Positions 1-14,171 are shown, counted from the stretch's first letter. The stretch is DNA of 64,000 bases from Octopus sinensis (GCF_006345805.1 NC_043004.1:186001-250000), one strand, 5' to 3'. The notes: a model not told the origin generated them from the letters alone. Made by a program: numbers and translations.

Positions 1-430
<430 letters not shown>

Positions 431-1275
431 ATAAATAAAAAGAAATATTGCTTTCAATAATGAGTTTGACATAGTTAATTGTTTTATTTGCTATTCATTT
501 TATTTTGTTTTGTTATCTTTTAATTTGTTTCATTTTATTTTATAATTGAATGGTAAAATCGTTAAAGTGCTATTCATCCTGGCCGTTTCATTTTACGTTC
601 AAATCTCACCAATTTATGAACATTTGTGCGTTTAAACAGTGGAAAGAGTCCAGTCAGCACAAAGTGAAATTCACTTATTTTCTTAAAAGTTGCATCGTCT
701 TAAATCGCATCACTAAATTTCGTTGTGTTCTAACTGCTCAAGCGATTGAAGTCGGTGAGCTGCATAACTGTATATAAGGAAAAATATTCGCAAACGAATT
801 CAAAATGTAAATATGATTAGTTACAACTAATCCTTCAAAACATAACAATCTGACTGTACATTCATATATTCAGTGCTGTGTGCAGAATGTGTGATATATT
901 TGTTTACTTACGAAAACATGTGATGTTGCCATGTCTTTAGTACAGTGGCACTTGTTGAAAATTTAGTATCGATGAATATATCAATATATATATTCTTCTA
1001 TTTGCTCAGGTTTCAAAGTGTGGCAAAACACCCATCGGAAGTAAAATGCGTGAAGTGCTCGCACGAAGTTCCGATCATGGAGAAAACAGTGTAAAAGATT
1101 GTAATAGAATGTTATACATTTCAGAGAGAGAGAGAGAGAGAGGGGGGGGAGAGAAGTGGAAGAAAAGAGAGATGAGAAGAGGAGAGAGATGAGAAGAGGG
1201 AGAGAACGAGAAAATGTTTTTCAGAATAGTAGGCTTATCCAACTAGAGTATCTAAAATAATGTCTCATAAGAAGA

Positions 1276-3562
1276 GTGCTTGTGTCACTCAAAGAAACAA
1301 AAAAAAAAATCTGGACGAAGAATCTCGTGCAATTTCAAGACTCACATAGGAAAAGAAGACCTGTTCCTCCAGAAGAGCATTCTTTGGGAAACAACTGCAG
1401 GATACCAATGAAACTTCAAATTGTCGGTCGCTACCATCAGAGGAAGGAAAGAAAGAAGAAAGGAAATTTTTATGGCAAAAGAAATTAAATTTCCCATATT
1501 TATCAATTCAAAATGTACAAGCAAAAGTAGAAAAAAGTGCTGAATACCTATGATGAATGTTAAAACGAGGAAAATACTATTCATTGAAAGGAATTCTTGA
1601 CATCACAAAGGAAAACGGGGAAAGGCTGTGTAGTGAGGATTGAAGGTTATATTATCGTGAAATTGAAAGTAAGGGACAGGTTGGGTATACAGCTGGAAAG
1701 GCAGCCAGTTCCAAAACTATCCATCCATCCAAAAGAAGAAAAGTGTCCTTAATGCCAACTATAACCAGAGCAACCCCAGTGTCATCGTCAGCGTCTGAAG
1801 AAGAGACTGAAAGTGAATATCAAGAGTCCGAAAAATCAGATGAAGAATCCACAAAAATAAAGAGGAAGTATAGCAAAACTGGAACTGCAACCAAGTTAGT
1901 AATATCTTCCAAACTATCAACTCCAAAAAGCAGCAACAGTTTGTCGACAATTATCTCAAGATAGAATCAATATCGAGACTCCTTCCCAATCTGGTATTTA
2001 CAGATTGACTCTCAAAGAAGCTGTCAAGCTATAAAATAAGATCAAGAAAATACTACATTTAGAAAACTGGTCATTGCATTTTGATGTAAACATATTATTG
2101 CCCAAGAATACCAAGTGATAGTTTTAAAGAATGAACAGGGAGAAGTTCAGTTAAAAGCACTCCAATTACCAAAAGGAAAAGCAGGTACTGTTGTGAAAGG
2201 AATAATAGCCGTTTTAGATGAATACTATGTAAAGATGATTGCTGCTGATACAACGAGTGTGAATACTGGGGAAAGAAATGGTATTCTCCTTTAGTTGCAA
2301 AGACTGTTTGCTCAAAAGGGTTTGAAAGAGCTGCAATTTATTGGTTGTCACTATCATATCCTTGATAGAGTTCTTCGTGTTGTAATGGATAATGAACTTG
2401 GAGAAAAAAGTCATTTCCTAATATTAAATACACATTCATCCCAGAGCTTCTAAGTAATTACGAGAAACTCCTGGCTAATTTCAACAACGGTACAGAAAAT
2501 ATTAGTGAATCAGCAGGATGGCGAGATGACATGAAATTTCTATTTCATTTGACCAGAGTTTTTCTTTGAAGAAACCAACAAATTCCCTACTATAAGGTTT
2601 CAAAAAATATCCAACTTAAGTAATGCAAGATGACATTCTCGAGCAATACTAGCGCTTTAGGCATTTATTCTTCTGCCAGAGAAAATAGTTTTGCTTCTCA
2701 ATGTTTGTCGATTCATCTCTATGAAGATTTTTGGTTTAGTGACCAAATGTTCTATGCACATGATTATCAGAATTTATGTGGTAGCCTGCAAGTTCATAAA
2801 AAAAGCATTGGACTCTGTAAAAAACTTTTGGAGTCGAGAACTATCAAAACTGGAAATTCCCAGAACAAATCAGAGTGCAGAATGGGAAATCAAGTGTCTT
2901 CAAGATATTTATGATGTTTGTAAAAAGGAGAAAATTCAGCTTCGATTTATTTTATCTAACAAAGCATATTAATTTTTTGCTTTATTTAAAAATTTGCTAA
3001 CGTTCAGCACCCTTTTTCTTATACAGTTATTTAAAATTGGGATTAAACCTATAAAGTTAAAAATATGTGCTGTTTTTAATTTTATGTATTATCGAATGCT
3101 TGTAGTGGCCTCTATCTTAAAATAGCCTAGTTTTGAATCTCTGAATAGACAAATTTTAATTCAGTAATCTTAAAATTGTATGTTTTATTCCGTATTCTCT
3201 CTTGTGTTTACAAGGATTTAGGGCAGCGGAAATACTGGTGTGAATCTAGTGCCACCTCGTGATTATAGTTTTAAACGCCTATAACTCCGAAACTATTTCA
3301 ACTAGAAAGCTGAAATTTCAGATATACTATTTCTGAATTGCATTGAATTAGCACACTAAGTTTGGTAAAAACTTGAGCAGTAGGCGTTATGAACCCCACT
3401 AGAATTTTGCATGATTTGGGTCAAAGGTGATGATCGATTTCTTAAGTTGGGGGTGATGTTTTTTTCAAATAAAGCAAATAAAATGTTAATTTCCTGACTT
3501 TTATAAAATTATTCATGGAATTACTGTAGAGGGTTATTAGGGTGTGAAAAAGGCATAGCCCT
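1276..3562 (+). mobile_element. Decayed hAT-like (probably hATm-type) DNA transposon with frameshifted DDE transposase
   Basis: Manual translation across frameshifts and stops gives WSLHFD(G)K (D at 2083), AADTTSVNTG (D at 2247), GCHYH (CxxH at 2346), GWRDDMKFL, SNAR(W)HSRA, TNQSAE (E at 2880) and C-terminal LRFILSNKAY* (2972). Possible right terminus ...CCCTAA near 3562; no matching left TIR seen. Confidence 0.8.
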
Positions 3563-3660
3563 AATACACACACGCACGCACACACATACACACACACACA
3601 TACACTCATATGCATATTATGATATTATGCATTAATATACACCTCTCTCTCTTCCTTCAC

Positions 3661-3704
<44 letters not shown>

Positions 3705-4703
3705 TTCACTCTCTCTCTCTCTCTTCCTCTCTCTGTATGTATAGCTTTCGCTCCTTCCACAGTGTGCAAGGTCATTGGTGTATACAGAGACAAGCTACCA
3801 AGCTGTCATATTTGAAAAGTGTTTTTGTCATCACAAAAAAGCTTTTATTCGTTACACCGTTTGCCTTGCTTTGACATCTATCAACTCTTTGCACACCGTC
3901 CAAAAATACTGTTCAGCAGGAACAAGTCTACCCGCTAATAGTCACAACCATCACAGCACTGAACATCATAAAGTTGTGTAACCGTAATTGAGCGCAGTAG
4001 TCTAAGCGGCTGAGGACAAATGTCCCCCAGGGGACAATCCTGGTTCCCTGTTCTCTCGTTCTAAAAGTTCTAAGGATTCATCCGGCTAACCGTCTACATT
4101 GCACACAGACACACACACACACACACTCACCTAATTCTATCAAGTGACTTTTATACCATTTCCTTTCCTCTTTCCGCCCCTTTGTAACCTGTCTTCTTCT
4201 GTTTTCTTTTCTACTTGTATATTTCCATTATCTTCTCCCCACTTGTCTATAGAATAGCCATTCCTTCAGTGTTCTGCTTGTTATAACCAGAAATGGCTCT
4301 GACGAAAGTAGCATTAATTTTCTTAGGTCGTTTAATTTTCCTAATTTGATCAATACAACAATTGTGTAAACCTATCAGTAATGTACCTATAACGACTACT
4401 GGAAACAGCTGTAAACCAAATTTGCTCTAATAAAAGAAGAATATGTAATGAACATTATTTTTAACTTGTTTCTTATATCGACCATTCCGTGTAAAAACCA
4501 GCTTTTCTGGAGCTCATCCACGGATTTACAATACAGAATTGTGATGAACCAAAATCTTGCACCCTGCCGCAAGATTACCTGGAGTTCTTCAACAATCTAA
4601 GTAATGTTAGCCTGGTGTACCAACAGAGAGCTTATGAAGGGTTTTGCCCGGATTGATAATACTTCTCTCTTTGTTCTATGTATGTATTGATCTCTCTCTC
4701 TCT

Positions 4704-4774
<71 letters not shown>

Positions 4775-5042
4775 TGAAGATTTTAGAACATTTTAAAGTT
4801 TAAATAAAATCCTTGATTCAATAACACTATGTACAAACCCTATACTTGGAACGACCAATTTTAAATACTATTGGATTTTACTCACAAGGTATTCGAATCT
4901 TATATGTATACCATTCTGCCTAAATAATGGATCTACAAATGTAATATCCCTGCATGTCTCACATCTACTTTCATTCCTCCACTTCACTCTCTATTTCATA
5001 TCTTATCTAAATTAACTATTGCTTAACCATCTTCTTATGCCC

Positions 5043-5087
5043 TCTCCGATGAGGGGATATAAAAATATCCTGGAAACTGCTGTAAGA
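5043..5087 (+). ncRNA. Degenerate minimal hammerhead ribozyme motif (PLE pLTR-like)
   Basis: TCT-CCGATGA-G-GGGATAT(AAAA)ATATCCT-G-GAAAC-TGCT-GT-A-AGA. U4C core change. A related 3' half GAAACAGCTGTA with palindromic stem III occurs near 4404. Confidence 0.55.
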
Positions 5088-5310
5088 CCTATTTATAAAT
5101 GTTATAAAATCTTCACAGCCTTGGTTTTTCATCTCATTCTGAATTTTCAGGATAAAATGTGTTAAAAAAACTTCTACTCATGTAAGTTGCTTACTATTGT
5201 TTGGATAGTTCCTATTAAATAAGTCCAAAAGCCAGGTTAAATATATATGCATGCATAGGCACCGTGAATTCCAATTCTACAAACTGGCAAACAATTCCGT
5301 GTATACTTTA

Positions 5311-5337
5311 CCGGGCAACGCTGGGTAGTAAATCTAG
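5311..5337 (+). mobile_element. Helitron 3'-end fragment
   Basis: CCGGGCAACGCTGGG hairpin followed by CTAG then T; same terminus as the elements at 11.1 kb and 21.3 kb. Confidence 0.55.
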
Positions 5338-5427
5338 TGTAATATCAAAGTTTGGCAGAGGGCCACCGAGGTGTAGGGTGAGTGGTGGATAAAGAGGAGT
5401 AGATCTCAAAAGGGGGGGAATGACCTA

Positions 5428-5513
<86 letters not shown>

Positions 5514-5834
5514 CGGGTTTCCATATTGTCTCACAACTCATTGGTCGGTCTGGGCTCTAGGTGAGAACACTTGCTCAACGTGGAGTGCAGTGGAATTGAA
5601 CCTACATGCATATACATGCGCATGTATACATGCTCGTATACATACATATTGCATTCATGCATATAACCCCACATGTATATATCTAATAGTAGTTACACAT
5701 GCCTCCACGTACGCGTACAGACTCACAAATACAGTAACATGTATATAAGCATACATACTTCGCTTCTTCTTTCCACGTCGGTCTGTTCGTCTGTGTGTTT
5801 GAGAGAGTTTTGTTGTGTGTATATGTGTGTTATG

Positions 5835-5905
<71 letters not shown>

Positions 5906-6190
5906 CACACACATACATATATATACACACATATATACGTACATATATTACACACACACATATATATATATATACATATTTTACATACTTATGTGTGTAT
6001 TTATATATATATATATACATACATATATATGCATGCATTTACATATATACTTATATACGCACATGCACACACACACACGCGCACACACACATATATATAT
6101 ACATATATGTAAATATATACATGTATATATGCATACATACATGCATATATATATACACATACATATATGCATGTGTTTATATATATACAT
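5428..6190. repeat. (TA)n/(CA)n microsatellite-rich tract
   Basis: Read directly; source of the poly-IY ORFs. Confidence 0.95.
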
Positions 6191-6851
6191 AAATTAGAGA
6201 AAGAGAGAGAGAGGGAGAGAAAGGGAAAGACAAAGAGAAAAAGAGAGTGAGAAAAAATAATAGGCCTCTTTTACTTGTTCTGTATCATAAAAAATATTCC
6301 CAACAATAACTTTTGCATCGTCCTGACCTAAACAAATACTATTGTCAAAAGAATCTTGTCTATAAATATCACTGGCTGGGAAAATTGGAGAAGCGAACTA
6401 AAAAAAAGGGCCTTTTGCACTGCAATAAATTATATTGGTGTTGACTGAAGTCTGCAACACTTAATTAGCAAACTCTCCGTTATTGAACTAATAGCTTCTT
6501 CGAGATGCAGCGTTGTTCATTTTTAACTAGAGGGCAAGAGTTAGATATCAGGATACGTCTCTAGTTTTCGTCACAATGGGAGTTGTGACGAAAATTCTCA
6601 TGAGCAAAAAAGTATTAAAGTACGTCTGACATGAAATATCTGGTGGCACTTAAAAGATAATTGGTATCTAGGTGGTTTATTTATTTATTTCGTTTCTTTT
6701 CTTTTTTTTTTTTTTTTTTGCACAATTGCGCAAGGTATTAAGTCTGAGAGCTTGCATCAACATCGTGTCATAACGATGAAAGCAAAGTTGACCTTGGTGA
6801 AATTTGAACTTAGAATATAAAGGAGTGAAACTAAACACTGCAAAATCTTTA

Positions 6852-7166
6852 TTGTGGAATCTCGGTTTACGAATTTCATTCTTTCTTGAAGCCCGTTCAT
6901 CATCCGAAATGTTCGTAAACCGAAACTATTTTATCCATAGGAAATTCAAGAGAAGGCACGGCGAATTCGAGCAGCGATATGCAATGAGCAAAAACTAAAC
7001 AACATCTGACGTTCTCCCGCTGATACTTTCAGTTTTTTGTCAACCGTTGTTGTTTGCTTGCATGTTCGTTACTCAAGACACCGTTGACGTTTTATGTTGG
7101 GAAAATTGCTTGTTCGTAAACCAATTTGTTCGGGATGAGAAGCGTTCGTAAACCGAGGTTCCGTTG
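6852..7166. mobile_element. pogo/Tigger-like MITE
   Basis: Imperfect TIRs TTGTGGAATCTCGGTTTACGAAT (6852-6874) and GTTCGTAAACCGAGGTTCCGTTG (7144-7166). Confidence 0.7.
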
Positions 7167-7715
7167 CATTTCTGTTCCGCGCTAGAATTTACATTGATCT
7201 GTCTTTTGACGGTTCCCGTGTCGTGACGAATATTTCATAAGCAGAGTTTGCTAGCCCATCACCTATTTATGGCGTAAGAGACACTGTTAGGTGTCCATCG
7301 CGATCCTTTCCTCTCACGGTGAATCGTGGTCGACTGAAAATGAGAGAGGGAGAGGAGGAAACAGAGGGAGGTGAGGAAGAGAGAGACGAAGAGAGGGAGA
7401 AGTGGAAAAGAGAGAGGGGAGAGAGAATTATCGATTCTTATTGGAATAAACAGTCAAGTATGGCGTTCAAGTGGGCTGATGAGCTGTGTGACTGTCATGT
7501 GAAGAAACTCTTCGTCGTTAGTGCATGCATACATATGTAGACACACTTGCATAAAATACATAGTTAAATGCGTACATACGTGTATGTGCGTTTGTATGTT
7601 ATGTATGTTGTGTGAATTTCTGTATGTGTGTGTGTTTGTGTGTATGTGTGTTATCCTACCAAGTTTGAAATATAGTCGAAAATATAAATATCTGCAAAAA
7701 TTTGCTTATAAATTA

Positions 7716-8102
7716 GTGCGTCGAACAAAAATGCTTAGAAATTAATATTCAAAGTGCGAATGTTTTCTGACTTAGCAAAAAGCAGTGCAGTTGTCTAAAG
7801 GTTTGACCTATGGTAATCTGCAATCAAATTCTCACAGTATCAACATCGCATATTATTTTCGCGCAGTCGATATGTCAAAGGGACCTGTCATTTGAGTAAA
7901 AAGGTAAAATTCAAAAGGGTCTTGTGCTCTGAAAATATTTCAAGGGCCAGTGCTTGCGTTCAGGTTAATTATTGCATTTTGAAAACAGTAAGCCAGCGTG
8001 GATACATTTGTTGGTTAATTGCACTTCTGAGGGCGAAAGTGATAAAGTTGATTCTGTGAAAAATGGGAGAAATTAAAATACGAGCCATTTTTGTTGGACA
8101 CA

Positions 8103-8104
<2 letters not shown>
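7716..8104. mobile_element. Tc1/mariner-type MITE
   Basis: TA-GTGCGTCGAACAAAAATG on the left versus CATTTTTGTTGGACACACC-TA on the right; TA flanks; the right end runs into (TA)n. Confidence 0.55.
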
Positions 8105-8170
<66 letters not shown>

Positions 8171-8329
8171 GGGAGGTAATGGTGTCAATAAGACCCAAAG
8201 GTGTCAGGTGATACTGAGTAAGTGGTATGGACAGACTATAGTTAAGCTCCAGATTCAGTGATTATGCGAATGAGGAGTACAACGTACGTCATATATCAGC
8301 ATGCGTCATGTTGGACCGTTAGCCCCTAC

Positions 8330-8490
8330 ACGGAATTTTTTTCTCTCCTTGTTTCTTTTCTGTGTATCTTTCTGACAAAGAGCATAGGCTCGAAACGTAA
8401 AAGACTTGTTTTATTTCTATTCCTGAGCGCCATACTAATACATTGTTTGTTTGTACTCCACCTGCCTTCGTCTTTTGTTTATTTTCGTAA
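8330..8490 (+). mobile_element. Short HHR-bearing PLE-derived element followed by (TA)n
   Basis: Homologous to 19020-19195 (shared GAAACGTAAAAGACTT, TTCCTGAGCG, CACCTG(C/T)CTTCGTC). Confidence 0.65.
8367..8404 (+). ncRNA. Minimal type-I hammerhead ribozyme (G8A)
   Basis: TCTTT-CTGACAA-A-GAGC(ATAG)GCTC-GAAAC-GT-A-AAAGA; stems I and II pair fully; palindromic ACGT stem III. Confidence 0.7.
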
Positions 8491-8499
8491 ACCTTCCCG

Positions 8500-8559
<60 letters not shown>

Positions 8560-8848
8560 GTATATGTGTATGTATTTATGCACATACACATACCTACATG
8601 TAAATATGTATGCATGCGTGTGCATATACGAATTCGAGTATGTGTGCGTGTGTACTTGAAACTGAAACCTGTTAATACGTGAATACATTCATACATACTT
8701 ACAAACACACACACATACATACATACATACATGCTTACATACATACATACATACATGAACATTCATACATGCATACTTATTCATACATACGTACATACGT
8801 TTAATCATACATACACATATATATATTGTATATTTACATACTGATGAT

Positions 8849-8904
<56 letters not shown>

Positions 8905-9474
8905 CGCATGCACACATGTTTATATGTGTGTGTGTATGTATAGGTATATCTATCTATCTATCTATCTATCTGTCTATCTATCTACACGATAAATGTGTCC
9001 GAGACTATGTGTGGCACTCTCTTATTTTTTCATCGCTTTCTTTTCTTTTCTTAAAAAGGAAACGCATTAGTGAATCAGAACTGTCCAGCGATGTGGAACA
9101 CAAGCATGGAACTAGGTAAGCAGACCATCTCTAGAAGAAGCAGCCATATATCTAACGAATATATATTTTGGGTGGCATCAGAGTGTGTTGTGGCCCGTAA
9201 CTATCTGTAATCTGTTGATGCTTAACTTGAGAATAATGGCGGTTGGGCGAAATATTATCTTTTCTTTTGTTTCATTTCTTTGTATCCTAATTAAACCTGA
9301 ATAGGCTTCAGAGGGAAATCCATACACAAACATTCTTCGGCATTAAACATCGTTCATTTATACACACGCGCACGCGCAGACAACATACGTATTATATATA
9401 TATATATATATATATACTCTACACATACACATATATATACATATGTATGCATGTATATATATATATATGTAGAT

Positions 9475-9508
<34 letters not shown>

Positions 9509-9667
9509 ATATATAAATATGTATACTTATATACATATATGTATATATATATATATATATTATGTGTGTGATATATATACATATGTAACATATGTATATA
9601 TATGTATGTATGTATATATGTATGTGTGTGTGTCTATATATATATGTATATATATATATATATATAT

Positions 9668-9713
<46 letters not shown>

Positions 9714-10427
9714 TATACTATATAATATACATATATATATATACACATACTATATATACATATATATATATACATCCTGTAATGGCCTTTCAGGCGTAAA
9801 CATTGTATTTTCAGAACCATTTTTAGGGAGAATATTTGTTCTTCTATGTGTGCCTCTGCATTGGTGGGGGTCGGGTGAGGTGTAGGTTTAGTTGTCATTT
9901 TATTTAATTTTTTTGACTGAGCTTCTTGTCCATGGATAAAAACGCAAACTAAAATAGTCTGTAGCGTATCAGAATAAAATTTATTTCTGTTACAGACATA
10001 TTCTACGAACCTCAAGATGCAAGACACGTAAATTAAATAGTCATTTAATATAGAAGCCAGTTTTTAATTGGTGAGAATTCACCAATAAAGATTTCTACCA
10101 TATTTTCTTTTGACAACTACAAATGAGAAACAAACAAGCCAAAGAAAAAACGAAATATATTACACACAAAACAACAACAACAACCACGAAAAGAATACAA
10201 AGAAATACGAATGAAATTCCTGAAAATAAAAAGTGATTCTTTCTTATGGCTTTAGGAAAGTTGAGATGCACAATGACTGGTTTTAATGCAGTTAATCTAA
10301 GATAAGTTATTTAGAGGCGTCATCTTCATGTCAAGCACGTCTCCAGTTATTGGTTACCCTTTGTCATCATACATTAGAAATGCTCTTGCTATTTCATGTA
10401 CATCAGGAACTCCACGTATCTGTGAAT

Positions 10428-10735
10428 GTGGAGGCACATGACGTAGTGGTTAGAGCAGCGGATTTGCAGTCATAAGATTGCGGATTCGAATCTCAGACCG
10501 GGCGATGTGTGTGTTTATGAGCGAAACACCTAAGCTCCACGCGGTTCCGGCGGAAGGTAATGGCGAACTTCTGCTGACTCTTTCGCCACAACTTTCTCTC
10601 ACTTTTTCCTCCTGCATCTAGCAGCTCACTTGCGACGGACCGGCGTCCCGTTCAGGTGGGGAACCTGTACGCCAAGGAAACCGAGAAACCGGCCCTTATG
10701 AGTCAGGTGTGGCTCGAGAAGGAACAAACAACAAC
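10428..10735 (+). mobile_element. Full-length tRNA-derived SINE with RTE-like tail
   Basis: A-box (TGACGTAGTGG) and B-box (GATTCGAATC) head; (ACA)n tail; 10-bp TSD with one mismatch ATCTGTG(A/T)AT. Confidence 0.85.
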
Positions 10736-11107
10736 ATCTGTGTATCTTTTAGTTGATAATGTCTTACTACAAGTGAAACATGCTAACTTGTGTAGTCGCC
10801 GAAATAATTAAGAAAATAATATTTGTCGATGACTAATATTTTTGTTCTAATTATTATTCTGAATTATTTCTTTTTTATGCTCCTTGCATGAAACATATTA
10901 GCGCTAACATATCTAAGATGAGTTAGTTTGCGGGACCCATTCTTTGCTAAGTGACATTCACAATGAGAATTAGACTCACAACCTGCGATCTACTTGTCAA
11001 TTATACTGAGCCCCTACAATGGGGATCCTGCTGTTTAGAGTCAGAGAATTAGGAATGCACGTAGTACGTATCACTAATCTCGAGAACGAAGCTTATTCAG
11101 TGTTAAA

Positions 11108-11495
11108 TCTCTCTATATAAAGCTGAAGTTGTCTGTGTATGGCAGGTTTGGTAGCCTTCAACTAACACTATCTCCTCCGAGACCCCGCAGCGCAAGTTGA
11201 CCAAAATTGAGAGTATGTTAGAAGAAAGCTTGCTTTTCCTTCAGTTGAAGAAAAAATTCAAATTGGACCATGTTAAGACCAAAAATTATTTACACCAAAA
11301 GGTGCTTTTTATTCTATGGAAATCCCTATTTTTTATGTTTTTTACTGCTGTGTCGCCATTTTTCGGTGTATTTCCACCAGAAAAATGTTCACTTAAAGAG
11401 AATAACAACCTGCATAATGCAAAAGTTTCACTTTTCAAAAATTCTAATTCTAAACGATCGAAACAAAACCGAGCAACGCCGGGCGATACCGCGAG
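11108..11495 (+). mobile_element. Non-autonomous Helitron
   Basis: Starts TCTCTCTATATAT after an A; ends CCGAGCAACGCCGGG hairpin plus CGAG (CTAG variant) followed by T; A|T target. Confidence 0.75.
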
Positions 11496-11581
11496 TACAG
11501 ATATAAATACAAGCTGAGTCACAATAACATCAAACCTTAGCTCCCTTTTATTTTAAATAAATTAAAGCTATGTACCCTCAC

Positions 11582-11741
11582 CAAGTTCTCTGCAATCATC
11601 GCTTTCTGTTCCATACATCTTGTTAGCGAAACGGTTCAGTTTGATCCATTCTCCACTAATCACTTTGCTATCATCGTTACAACAAACATCGTGCATCACT
11701 GGACGAAATAAAAACATATTCACAGATTTCATAAACACCCG
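11582..11741 (-). CDS. Candidate internal exon, product unknown
   Basis: Minus strand: pyrimidine-rich ...ctttcag acceptor, 160 bp open in one frame (RVFMKS...DDCREL), donor G|gtgagg. No homology recognised. Confidence 0.25.
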
Positions 11742-11837
11742 CTGAAAGTACTTCCAGGAGAAAGACAGGAGAACGATTTGCAGGGGTTTATTATATCGCC
11801 ATAACAGATGTGGATAAACCAATGAATGGAGCCAAAG

Positions 11838-11937
11838 NNNNNNNNNNNNNNNNNNNNNNNNNNNNNNNNNNNNNNNNNNNNNNNNNNNNNNNNNNNNNNN
11901 NNNNNNNNNNNNNNNNNNNNNNNNNNNNNNNNNNNNN
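11838..11937. other. Assembly gap (100 N)
   Basis: Run of N. Confidence 1.
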
Positions 11938-12883
11938 GTAGGAGGTTTATACGTCAGATAAGCTTTAGGAAAATTCCACAAGAAACTATCAACACGAGGA
12001 GCAAGGGGATGGACAAATGCCTCTTATAACGGGCCCTAATGAAAGCCGAAATAATGTTAGGACCTCGAAGTGCCCAATTCCATGGGCTAATTGTTTTGTT
12101 GCATAATGCGCTGAACGCCTTAGGAGGGCCTACAGTTAAATCTTGAGCCCTAGGACAAATTAAGGCTTTTAGCCGGGTTTTATGGCGTGTACGTGACCGA
12201 GATTATAATACTCCCCTCGAATAGAATCCCCAATCTGTTGCAGGGTTATCCATTCAGAATCGAGTGAGTGGGGACAACTGGAAAAGTCAAAGAATGCAAC
12301 ACACCACTAGGTCTGGGTATCGAAACCAAACTTTAATGATTACGTGTGCAGCACCCTAACCGCTCGGCTAAGTGCTTTCACTTCAATTCATTTGGTGCCA
12401 TGTTTTTTCATCGACTGTGTAGGAGTTTTTTCTTTATTTGTTTTCTTTTTAGTGGAGGAATCTGCCGCTCCAACCCTCGCTGCGGTTAATTGAAGATCAT
12501 CACAGAATCAGCACCAAAACTATGTCCTTACGACAAAAAGTGTGTGTAAGTGACTCTGTTTAACTCAGATGCTAGATACAAAAAGAACATTGCAAAAATG
12601 ATTCAATAAGAAAGAATATTTTTACAATACACACAGCAGGATACAGACAGAATTTGCATATTGCGGAGCCTTTATTCCCTTTCCAGTTGATCCAACGTAC
12701 ATATCACAGAACCCTTTCTTAATTGATCCAGCATACATATCACAAGGCCTTTCACTAATTGATCCACCTGGTGCCAGGCGATCTGGTCAATTACTGACTT
12801 TATCTTTAGTTGCTTCCTGACCACTTTTCCCCCTCTTTCTGTGTAGAATACCAACTCACTCAGCGCTTCTAAGTCTGTTACAC

Positions 12884-12916
<33 letters not shown>

Positions 12917-13807
12917 CTTATATATATATATATCTATATAATATATATATATATATATTATATATATATATATAATATGTAATGTCTATATGTATATGTA
13001 TGTATGTATGATGTATGTATGTATGTATGTATGTAGGTATGTATGTATGTATGTATGCTGCATGCATGCATGTATGTATGTATGTATGGTATGTATGTAT
13101 GTATGTATGTATATGTTATATATATATATACAGAGAGAGAGAGAAAGAGAGAGAGGACCCACTTCGGTCATGAATGATCATGGGATTGCACCCAGAAAGT
13201 TACCCTCCGAGGCACATGTTCGGCCAAGATTGTTTACGGAACACCAGCAGTCATCCAGGCATACCAGCCTCCCCGTTCCACACCACCGATGTTATCCAAG
13301 GAAAATGAAAAGGGCCAATACAGCTTGGTATCAGTGACGTCGATGGGATACTCGACCTGATGAAAATTCTAACTGGGCCCAACTGCAAGGTCATGTGCTG
13401 TTTATCTGATATGAGATCGCCGTGTCACGCACATATGGTTGTGGATGCATGTTGCCCGCTGTACCCTTATCAGTACGGGTTTAATCAAGGGTATACTGGG
13501 CTTCGTATATTTTACCCCAGTGTCATTTGATGGCATGCACTATTCTCTCACTCAAAAAAAGGAGGAGGAGGAGGAGGAGGAGGGAGGATGAGAGGAGGAG
13601 GAGGAGGAGGAGGAGAAGAGAGAAAGAAGAAAGAAGAGAAGAAGAAGAGAAGAAGAAGAAGAAGAAGAAGAAGAGAAGAAGAAGAAGAAGAAGAAGAAGA
13701 AAAATCTGGGAAGTAATAGATAACTGAAAACAACGGATAGCATGGCTGCAGGTAGCAAACCCGCTACGCAAGCAAGCCTCCAAGACTTCCAACGACTCCA
13801 TCTAAGA

Positions 13808-13844
13808 ATATCTGAAGACGGAATATTATTCCGAAATATCATAT
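13808..13844 (+). ncRNA. Minimal type-I hammerhead ribozyme with intact core
   Basis: ATAT-CTGAAGA-C-GGAAT(ATT)ATTCC-GAAA-TA-T-C-ATAT; palindromic ATAT stem III; predicted AUC cleavage after 13840. Confidence 0.7.
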
Positions 13845-13979
13845 CAGACTATGGATGACTAAATTACCAACAGGTATATAGCCCAATGTCTGTATTATAG
13901 TGCATTGTTGTACCATTCAAAACTTTTCATTCTTTACAAATAACACACAATGCTTCAAGCGAACTACCATGCTCTCCGA

Positions 13980-14025
<46 letters not shown>

Positions 14026-14140
14026 TAATTAATATAATAATAATAATAATAGTAATAATAATAATAATAAATAATAATAATAATAATGATAATAAAAAAT
14101 AATAATAATAATAATAATAATTATAATTATAATAATAATA

Positions 14141-14171
<31 letters not shown>

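Noticed and set aside
1008-1093. Possible exon with CxxC (KHPSEVKCVKCSHEV)
   Set aside because: The acceptor is plausible, but there is no convincing donor and the frame ends in a stop.
1795-1815. CTGAAGA...GAAA as an HHR
   Set aside because: No stems; it lies in transposase coding remnant (SEEETES).
7471-7520. CTGATGAG...GAAAC...GTC as an HHR
   Set aside because: Stem I does not pair and stem II is not closed.
10428-10500. tRNA genes at A/B-box sites
   Set aside because: All are SINE heads continuing into SINE bodies; no complete cloverleaf.
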